Assembly (NCBI RefSeq): GCF_006345805.1
Contig: NC_043004.1
Span: 53,816,001 to 53,880,000, forward strand
Direction of reading: 5' to 3'
DNA from: Octopus sinensis
Lineage: Eukaryota
DNA: 64,000 nucleotides
In this document: positions 53,825 to 64,000 of the stretch, piece after piece
Layout of the letters: the number at the start of each line of letters is the position of its first letter
How positions within the stretch are numbered: the first letter of the stretch is position 1
The notes under the pieces: generated by a model
What the model was told of the DNA's origin: nothing
Database searches by the model: none
What the model saw: only the letters and a program-made list of their open reading frames with translations
Program-made: the position numbers and the translations under genes

Positions 53825-54362
53825 TCTCGTTAGCGAATGCCCGAAATTGGCACAACGCAAATACAAAAGACACCATTGGGAGCTCTACGGATATCACGGC
53901 CTACAAAGAGCAAAGACGTGGTATGAGAAAACCCCAGAAGGAGTCACCGAAAATGAGAATTGTAAAATCCTGTGGAATGCAATGATCCAGTGCAATCACC
54001 CGACCAGACATGGGAAACGAACAATTGTTTCTCTGAATAGAAAAGAAAGAGCATGTATGAAAATCGACATATCCGGGTGACAACAGGATCAATGTGAAAG
54101 AAGGAAAAATAAAGAACTATATCGATTTAAAGTGGGAAATATGGAGGTTGTGTTCAATGAAGAAAGTAGTAACTGGTGCACTTGAAAGTATCAGCACTCA
54201 ACTACCAACACAGGATTGGAACTGCAAGGATTCTTCGTAGGCTTCTTGAAGTATGAGCAGTAAACAAGTGTCACTTTAGTTTGCTGGCTGTGGACAGTGA
54301 CTCTTTCCATTATACTCAGTAAAATAAGCTGGGAGTTTTCATACAACAACAACAACAATATC

Positions 54363-54402
<40 letters not shown>
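53825..54402 (+). mobile_element. Second R4/Dong-type 3' fragment in the opposite orientation, with its own (AAT)n tail
   Basis: VSECPKLAQRKYKRHH...WYEKTPEGVTENENCKILWNAMIQC...CMKIDIS. Tail at 54344-54402. Confidence 0.8.
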
Positions 54403-54404
<2 letters not shown>

Positions 54405-55149
54405 TGAGTTTTAATTAGTTTGTGCATGGTGTATGGGGGCTGATATGGTCTGCTGTTGGTCGGATCATAATGTGGCTAGCGCGTTTGCATGTGCTGTGCG
54501 AGCAATAGAGATGATACACAGTTAAAATACATAATGACATTTGGAAAATAGAAATACATTTCAATGAGTGTTACTTATTCGTATATAGTCCGACACTTTG
54601 TCAGTTATTTTTGGCTCCATGTGATGTCTTTATTCCCGATGTGTTTGGATAGATTTCGGAGCAGTTTTTTTATCGCTCTTACTTGTTAAACGTTCCCGGC
54701 GTTCGTGTTTTGTCGCTTTCACATGTTAAATGTAAAAGCAAAATTTAAAAAAATAGTTTAAATAATACCTTATTATTCAACCGAAGAATATCAATCAGGA
54801 AGTACGTACTTTAATATTGTTACACAAAACATACGAAAAGCTACACGTGCAAAACCATTTAACACCAGAAATGAACGGACTGGTACCCTACGAAAATGAT
54901 TACCGTCAAAATAAAGGGCCGGGCGTTATTCCTCATGTCCCGCAAATAAATAAAATAAAAAGAGCATAAATGGACACGTGAGGAATATATTTCAATCCTG
55001 CATGCTTATTTTACAACAGTGTTCTACCTAAAGAACGAAAGCACAACATATATATATATATATAAAATCTGGAAGAAAAATAACCTAGATAAAGTATGGT
55101 GGGAGGCTACTTGTACTGTCAATATTTTTCTGGTTTTGTTATCTTTTTT

Positions 55150-55440
55150 CTTCAATTCTCGCTTTTGTATTATTCCCGCTCCATACTGAAGTGATGCTAT
55201 CGCCTACATATTAACTGCTTGGATTTTTATCCCATCCAGTTAATTTTGAGGACAACACCAACCTCAGTCTTACGAAACACTCCATCCTTAGTTGTTCTTT
55301 CATTTGCTTTTCCATTATCTTGTTCAACTCCAGTAGACCAATGTATTTGTATCCTACTGTTTAAATTTGTTTAATCAAATCTCTATTTGATAATTCTATC
55401 CCTGCTATGGACTGCACTTTACCTCTTTTTAATAATGAGA
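55150..55440 (-). mobile_element. R4/Dong-type RT thumb fragment
   Basis: Manual translation KRGKVQSIAGIELSNRDLIKQI*TVGYKYIGLLELNKIMEKQMKEQLRMECFVRLRLVLSSKL. Confidence 0.65.
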
Positions 55441-57125
55441 AAGGTGCATCTTTAAAAATGAGAAAGAGACAAAAGCACACGCCCAGACAGTACGGAAGAT
55501 ATTGCTCTCAAAATTATATACTATTTGGGAAGAAGAGATATGAGCATGAACGTTAGTCCCTTCGGGGACAGCGTTGGCTCCTGGTTCACAAAAATTGCAA
55601 GGCACAATGTCAACAGACGTCAGTGAAGACGAAACTATTGCTGATATGTGTATTCACTGGGTTACTTTAGACATACAAATTTTTGTATTATCGTAAAATG
55701 ACAACACAGACCGGAGTTGTGTTCTGTAGCTTAGGTTGAGAATGAAGACTTAATAGTAGTAATCCTTAGCAGAAAGCCTACAACTAAGTCTCTTGTAGCA
55801 AATCGTTTGAGAGCTTTCCGCTACCAAAAACGAAATCAACGACAACTACGACAAATCTTTCATGCTGTCGTTCTAAGGTGATATCGTGCTCTAAGAATGC
55901 AGCTGGTGCAACACGACCGTGATCAGAGCTAATAACATCGTTTTCATTTCTGGGAACCAAAACCAACCCACCTAAATAATCACTGCTTCAACTACGTTAA
56001 ATGTGTATGCTATATGTAAATGACTCCAGTGTATTTTAAATTCAGTTGATGGCGTTGCCTTGCCCAATGCCTTTCCATAACATGTCTCAGTAACAGATTT
56101 TCCCAGAGACTTCACATTCCTTGTATTACTACGATATAAAGTGTCAAAATTCGTATCTTGTATTCAGCATTCTATCCTTATACTTGCTTTCAACATTATA
56201 TCCTTATACATGCTTGCGTCTCTACACTTTCTAATTTACATACCGCACTTTTAAGAACATTTCACTTGGTACACTGACACATATCGATGGTATTTTGCAT
56301 TTTGTTGTCTCAAGTATTAATAAAACACATCTCTTATTTTCTATTATCGTTAGGCTGCGGCCATGCTGGGGCATCTCCTTCAAGAATTTTTTTTTGTTGC
56401 TTTTAAAGTATGGTACTTATTCTGTAGCACCGCAAAAGTATGGAGGAAAAAATCGCCAACATATATATATATATATATATATATACAAGCACACACATAC
56501 ATACGACTGATTCTTTTCAATTTCCGTCTGCCAAATCGACTCATAGATTCCCGATCGGCCCGTGGTTATAATAGGTGACAAGTACCATGTTGTGGGAGTA
56601 AACGCGAAAGCATGTGATTAGGGAGCAAGCTTCTTACCGCACAACCGCGCCTGGACCTCCATCTGTAGTATGTTTATATAGTTAAATAATCACAGTCAAA
56701 ATTCTATAATCGTGTAGGATGAGGCATTGCTCCGTCGTTTAGTTCGATTTAAAATCAAGTGATCTCGGGTGCAATCTCACTGCATAATGCCTTGTGGAAG
56801 TGATTTCCAATATACCCTTGGTGCAGGTCAATACCTAGTAACAAAATCTAATAAACGGAAACTGTGTGGAAGCCCGACATGTGTGGAAGTATGTGTGCAC
56901 GTTTCTTTGTGTTCTTCCACGAATACTTGATGATCAGCATTGATAAACAGTAGCGGTTGTGCATAGAAATCGATAGAATAATTACCACACTTAAACCATT
57001 TAAGTACCGGTGTTGATTTGATCGACTAACCCATTCCTCAGTTTGGCCTTATTCCAAAGACTGAAACTAGTAAATGATGATGAAATGAATTACCATATTT
57101 GCTCTGTGTGTGAGAGTGTTTTGTG

Positions 57126-57207
<82 letters not shown>

Positions 57208-58242
57208 CCGCGTGTGTATGCGCGCGCGTGTGTGTCTGTGCTGTAGCTGTCTACTTCATTAGTCGTACCGAATCTATCACGTCTTCGTGTAATTCTCTTA
57301 TCTTTGTATCTTTATCCACCATTTATATTATTATTACTGTTACCATTAGAACTACATAACTCAATTAACACTCATTCTCCAGTATTTATCTAATTAAAAT
57401 CACGTTTGTCAACTAAAATAAAAGATGGATTACTGTTTAGCTAGAAATCGAGGAAAATCTACATGCTAAGCAAAAAATGGAAATCGTTCAAACCAACCAG
57501 ATGTTGGTTTTGAACTTGGAGACGTTCGCTTCACAATTACCAGGAACCATGGGTAAGTATTTTCCGCAATATTCGTGAGTCGACTAAAGATTTAAAAGTG
57601 ATTTGCGGTCAACGGAAACTAAGTGAAGCCTAACTAACAGATGATTTGTCTTCGTTATCTGTAAACTTAATTCGTGTCCCGATTTAACAACCAGAATTTA
57701 GATATGTGAATTCGGTATGAAGACAATATTCTGCCATAACTCACACTGGTTACGAAAACCATGAGAATACCTAGCCCGTTGTCATTACTACTTTTATTAA
57801 AAATGTAAAACAAATTGGAAGTGAACAGGTACGGAAATTTTATTTAAGAGACAACGAGATATACATTAATGATGATTGACATTTCGGTAGATATATATTC
57901 TCGTTTGCTAACATTCATCTGTTCTTATACATTAAGGAAGACGTTGAAAATATGGCGAAGTATTAATTCACTTAGATTACTTAAAGTTTCAGGTAGATTA
58001 GTAGCTTACAAATGTATACGTTATTCTTCACAGTTATAAATATATATGTGAGGACGTTACATACAAAATTAATACGCATTAACATATATACATTTGTTCT
58101 GCAAAATGTGTTCACACGTATACATACATATGGACTTGTATATCCTTATTCATCTATCGATCTGTATATGCACACAGGCACACATAAACCCATTTATATG
58201 TGTGTGCATGTGTGTGTATTTCCATACATATATACATACATA

Positions 58243-58643
58243 TGGAAGCACTCCGTCGGTTACGACGACGAGGGTTCCGGTTGATCCGAATCAACGGAAC
58301 AGCTTGCTCCTGAAATTAACGTGTAAGTGGCTGAGCACTCCACAGACACGTGTACCCTTAACGTAGTTCTCGGGGATATTCAGTGGAGGCGCAATGGCCC
58401 AGTGGTTAGGGCAGCGGACTCGCGGTCATAGGATCGCTGTTCGATTCCCAGATTGGGCGTTGTGAGTATTTATTGAGCGAAAACACCCAAAGCTCCACGA
58501 GGCTCTGGCAGGGGATGGTGGTGATCCTTGCTGTACTCTTTCACCACAACTTTCTCTCACTCTTATTTCCTGTTTCTGTTGTACCTGTATTTGAAAGGGC
58601 CAGCCTTGTCACTCCCTGTGTCACGCTGAATATCCCCGAGAAC
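58243..58643. mobile_element. SINE family 3 copy with an internal inversion, flanked by a 19-20 bp TSD
   Basis: The 3' part is inverted (58243-58382) and the 5' part is forward (58383-58643). The direct repeat ATACATATATACATACATA lies at 58224-58242 and 58644-58662. Confidence 0.85.
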
Positions 58644-58868
58644 ATACATATATACATACATACATAAATAGATCTCACATTCCTTGTATTACTACGATAT
58701 AAAGTGTCAAAATTCGTATCTTGTATTCAGCATTCTATCCTTATACTTGCTTGCGTCTCTACACTTTCTAATTTACATACCGCACTTTTAAGAACATTTC
58801 ACTTGGTACACTGACACATATCGATGGTATTTAAGGGAACTTTATTTATCACATAAAAACATACATAC

Positions 58869-58899
<31 letters not shown>

Positions 58900-59755
58900 C
58901 GGATGTGGATGTTTATGTTCTTGCATATCAGAATACATATATGAAAATATTTGTATTCCAGTATTTCAATACTTAGTATTGTGGTTGCCGTTACGTTCCG
59001 AGTTCAAACTCCGCCGAGGTTGACTTTGCCGTTTATCCTTTCAAAATCGATTAAATAAGTACTAGTTACGCACCGTGGCCGATGTAATCTGCTAAATCTC
59101 TTTGTCTGTCCTTCTTTCTGCCCTCTGTGTTTAGCTCCTGTGGAAAATAAAGAAATAGATAAAAACTCGCAGCCATTTATACGAACAAAATTAGACTCAT
59201 ATACATGTACGTGCGCACACACTCGCACACACTTAAACGCATTCAAACACATACACACATATACTTATATATATTTAAATATGCTTGTAAGTGTGTTTGT
59301 GCTTGTGTGTGTGTGTGTGTGTGTGTGTGTGTCTGTGTCTGTGTGTGTGTGTATGTGTCTGTGTGAGAATAAATTTTGATATATTTACACTTTAAAAAGT
59401 CATAAGAATAGAGACAGCGGTATTGAACTGCGCTTGGTTTATGAGACGAAAGCACCCATACATACACCCACGCACGCACATGCACACATACATATATTCG
59501 CATGTATTTAGGTATGTATATATATATGTAAACATGTATACGTGTATGTATATGTCTGTGCCCTAAATTCATACACTAATGATTTTTGACAGTTTAATAT
59601 TTGAGAGGGAAGAATTTATCGAAGTAAAACAAACTACAATCATTATTCTTTTTGACAACTGGGGAATGAGGATCGAAGTGGCTAAAACTGAGAAATTTGG
59701 AGAAAATTACCATTGCAAGAACAAAACTACCACCACCACTACCAACAACAACAGC

Positions 59756-59808
<53 letters not shown>

Positions 59809-61931
59809 TAATAATGTTTCATATTAACTTCGTTTCATGATTTCCCCAGAGGTAAAGATCTAGTAATTAACAAAGCTTGTTTTAGTTGTCCGGACTACGG
59901 ACTCCATGTTAGTAATTACATGTAAGATATGAAGCTATATATCATATGTACGTGACAAAATGCCTTCTCATCACGCTCATTCTATCGAGGAGATCAACAG
60001 AGGCTGGCACCGAGGTCTTACTGATTAAAGCTACTCTAAGTTTATTGATACAATGTCTGATGCCATAAAAATAGTTTACTTTGACATACAGGATCAATAA
60101 ACTGCGCTTTCGGAACTCTAACCTTTTTGGTCATGAAAAGTGAAGGAAATATCTTGATGAAAAACTAAAGGAAAAATGTTCAATTTATGTACTACACAGA
60201 TGTATAGATTAATGGCTTGAGTATCAGACTTCTAAGATATCGAACAGCGAGTTCAAATCAGTCTGCATATTTGATATTAGTTTCTGTATAAGGTTCCTTT
60301 TTGCTTCTTGTACGTAGCCTCACTTTACATAAGAAAATACGAAATTTGCGGTGAGCTTTGATGATCCCACCGTGAAAGCATTATCTTTAGGAGTTCTAAA
60401 CGAATCATATATTGAGAGATGTTTTATTAAATATTTGTATTTAATATATGATCGTTAAATACAATGTATAAAATGAAACGAACAGTTTATTCCAGTTTAT
60501 TCCACAGTAATATTACATTCTACATCGCATCAGTCCACTGGCATTTTCAGTGAAATATTGTTGATATACTGAAAATAATATTGGGGTCTTAAATGCTTCA
60601 CTGTAGGAATAAAGATCCAATGTTCACGTGAGGAAATAAAGTCTCACGAAATACTCTTTAATTGTATATCCCAGAATGCCGTCTTGCAGGTGGACGGACA
60701 CAACTACAGTATGATCTAACCATTTACGCTGCTCATTATACACGACATCGCATAAAGAAGTATACATCTTATCGACCGGCCACTGATCACACCATGATTG
60801 TTCATTTCTTTAAGGGAACTTTATTTATCACAGTGATGACAACAATTGAACCCGCTTATTATAAGATTCATCATCAACTCTTTAAGCACATGTAGTAACT
60901 TTTCAACATCATATCGCAGTAGTGCCTCCTAGCCTTACGAACCTAACTTATTATTCAGAAACTCATAGATGATATCTGCAAAATTTATTACTGTATTTTT
61001 TCATATGAATGCATGAATGCGCCTGACCTTGTGGCCAAAGTGTTCAGCTCATCATTAAAGAACTGTGGTTTGTAGTTCTGCCAAGGCGGCGTAACGAGTC
61101 CTTGAGGAAAACTCTTCATCTCCTTTTCGCGCAGTCTTCTAAGTTAAAATGAGTGGCAGCAGAATTAATGCCACTTCCCCTCCTTCCACCTGTTAAATCC
61201 GGGGTGTTTCACCACATAATGTTGACCACGAAAGTGCTGGCAAAAGTGTGCTGGGGACTACATAAACACCTATAGTAGATTAAAGAAAACATGCCACCAG
61301 TCATAATCGCCTGTAAATGACTGTTGACTTTACTTTAACAAGACATCTTACTGAGCCCGTAGTGACAGATTCAAACCAGAATATATGGAAATGACAGGAG
61401 AAACATTTATTAACTTAGAATAGTGTGATTCTGTTCTGTAAACCAATGTATATTATTAGAAAATTGTTGACAGGATTCGAGCCAGCAGCTACTATTGGTC
61501 AGGCATCTACCAAGACAGCAGGCTATCATTATTAGATCAGGAAACAAAAGTCTAATAGAAATTAATTATATAAAGCTGTGCTCTTTCTCATCAGCGTATA
61601 AGACAGTCCATCAATGTTGACATTAACTTGGCAAAAGGTTAGCTACGGCAGAAAGGTAAGTAGCTACAATAAATAAATAATGTAAAAAATATACATAAAG
61701 ACAGAGAAAGAAAGAAAGAAAGAAGAAAGAAAGAAAGAAAGAAAAGAAGAGTGAAAGGAAAAAAGAAAGAAGGAAAGAAGGAAGGAAATAGGAAAGAAAG
61801 AAAGAAAGAAAGAGGGTAAAAGAGGATGAAAAGAGAAAGGAAATGGTAAAATATATTGATTAGTGGCTCCGTTTGTGACCCAGAAAATTTCACCGATGTC
61901 TATATTCTGCTAAGATGTGTTTGCGTCTGTG

Positions 61932-61975
<44 letters not shown>

Positions 61976-62698
61976 ATATAATATATATATATATGTATAT
62001 ATGTATGTATATGTATGTATGTATATGTATGTATGTATGCATGTATGTATGTATATAGATACATCTATCTATACATATATATTTGTATGTATATATACAG
62101 GGTTGTGAATATGTATGTATATATGTGTGTATATATGCGTGTATGTATGTATGTGTGTATATATGCGTGTATGCATGCATGTATGTATGTATGTATGTAT
62201 GTATGTATGTATGTATGTATGTATGTATGTATGTATGCATGTATGTATGCTTGTTAATAATGCGTTATATAGTGGCGAAAAGCAGCGAGAGTGTTTTTCA
62301 GTTAAGAATGTGTAGAGTACATCTCTGACTGATCTTTGTCAACGATAAGGATCCAGTTTTTCAATCAACCGAATAATGTGCTCCTTAATTAACGTGTAAA
62401 TGGCTGAGTATTCCGCAGATACGTGTACGTAGAGCTTAGTTATCAGACAGATTCAGCATGACGCGCAGTGTACAATATGACTCCAGTTACAGTTACAGTT
62501 CACTTGGTAGGCTTTTTCAATATAGGTTCTGTTTACCCAGTACCACTCGCAATGTATTGGCTGACTGGATAATCAGAAAAAAAGTAATTTCTATAAAATG
62601 GTCTTTCTAATCGAATCCGGCACCTCATATATGCGAAGTGAATTTCTTAACCACTTGACCACGCTACACTTACACTGTAGAGTATAAATTATGTATTA

Positions 62699-63083
62699 GT
62701 GGAGGCGCAATGGCCCAGTGGTTAGGGCAGCGGACTTGCGATTATAGGATCGCGGTTTCGGTTCCCAGACCGGGCGTTGTGAGTGTTTATTGAGCGAAAA
62801 CACCTAAAGCTCCACGAGCCACCAGCAGGGGATGGTGGTGATCCCTGCTGTACTCTTTCACCACAACTTTCTCTCACTCTTACTTCCTGTTTCTGTTGTA
62901 CCTGTATTTGAAAGGGCCGGCCTTGTCACTCTCTGTGTCACGCTGAATATCCCCGAGAACTACGTTAAGGGTACACGTGTCTGTGGAGTGCTCAGCCACT
63001 TACACGTTAATTTTACGAGCAGGCTGTTCCGTTGATTCGGATCAACCGGAACCCTCGTCGTCGTAACCGACGGAGTGCTTCCA
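62699..63083 (+). mobile_element. SINE family 3, full length, 20-bp TSD
   Basis: TSD AGAGTATAAATTATGTATTA at 62679-62698 and 63087-63106. Confidence 0.92.
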
Positions 63084-63894
63084 TCCAGAGTATAAATTAT
63101 GTATTAAGTTATTTTGAAGATGCGAATCTATGCCGAGACCTTGTATATCCTCTTCCCAAGATATGGCTACGTTCCAAGTGAAACAAGACTTAGTAAAAAC
63201 ATTTCTTTCTTTATTTCACAATAAAGCACCCGGGATTTCTCAATAAATTGGTTGCGCACATCGTTAAAAGCACTAAGGCTGGGAGCTGGTGGGATCGTTA
63301 CCGCGCCAGATAATATGCTTCGCTTTACGTTCTGATTTCAAATGCTCAGCTCTATGTTCTGAGTTCAAACTACGCCGCTGTCGACTTTGGCTTTCATCCT
63401 TTATGAGGTCTATGAACAAGTACCAGTTGAACACTGGTATCGATATATTCGACTAGACTTTTCCCTCAACAACTAAGGCCTTGTCATTAGAGTAGAAACG
63501 AATATTAAAAACTTCACACTGAATGATTAGTGCGGCTCGTGTAATAGTTCAACTCAATATTACTATTCTTCCTTGAAAGTATTCGAGTTTCTAGAGAGTT
63601 GTTAAGGAGTCTTCGTGTTCCTGCATAATATTTTCATTCCCCACCTGTGTACTGCGTAAAAAAGGTAATTACTATCTGAAATACGCCTGCTTTTCATTGT
63701 AAGCGTTTAATGAATAAAATCTGGGTTAATCATCTCCTTGTGTGTGTGTGTGTGTGTGTCTATGTGTTTGTCCAAACTTGCATATGCACATATTGGTCAA
63801 ACAATATATGTGTTTTGCTTAAACTCTTAATACCAGCGGAATCTTGTCCTCGAAATTCACTCGAAAGACGTGCGGTATTAAAAAACCACTGATT

Positions 63895-64000
63895 ATGAAA
63901 CGATGTTACATCCACCACATAGCCCTGATTTTGCACCATTAGATTACCGTTTATTTCGAAATAATTTGAATGATAAAACTTTCAATAACGGTGATGACCT
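63895..64000 (+). mobile_element. Mariner transposase C-terminal fragment; runs off the window end
   Basis: MLHPPHSPDFAPLDYRLFRNNLNDKTFNNGDDL matches HPPYSPDLAPSDYHLF...LNGKTF.N.DDL. Confidence 0.75.

Noticed and set aside
60662-60895. 77-aa non-repetitive ORF as a possible host exon
   Set aside because: No recognisable domain, it starts at a non-ATG codon, and there is no supporting neighbouring exon.

Overview
Eukaryotic, AT-rich, non-coding (intronic or intergenic) DNA saturated with microsatellites and decayed transposable elements. The SINE repertoire resembles what I recall from octopus genomes, so an octopod cephalopod is likely; this is an inference, not a database match. No host protein-coding exon was recognised, and almost every ORF in the supplied track is a microsatellite translation or an antisense frame of a transposon. 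Recognisable elements are: several Tc1/mariner remnants, a CR1-type LINE 3' end, a near-full-length frameshifted Tx1/L1-type LINE (about 33.2-38.1 kb, with a 100-N gap), a hAT transposon remnant, a cluster of R4/Dong-type RLE retrotransposon fragments, non-autonomous Helitron-like pieces, at least four tRNA-derived SINE families and two local tandem duplications. The most striking unannotated layer is a set of fold-back (inverted-repeat) elements inserted in (TA)n tracts. Read by eye, these carry minimal type I hammerhead ribozymes (HHR) from at least five unrelated sequence families, which points to pseudo-LTR remnants of Penelope-like elements (PLE) or retrozymes. One is a 358-bp tandem unit with a compensatory U3-A8 core variant, predicting a small self-processed and possibly circular RNA. 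Several insertions also appear to have captured nearby genomic DNA, and one SINE shows a twin-priming-type inversion. All ribozyme folds were assigned manually and are untested.
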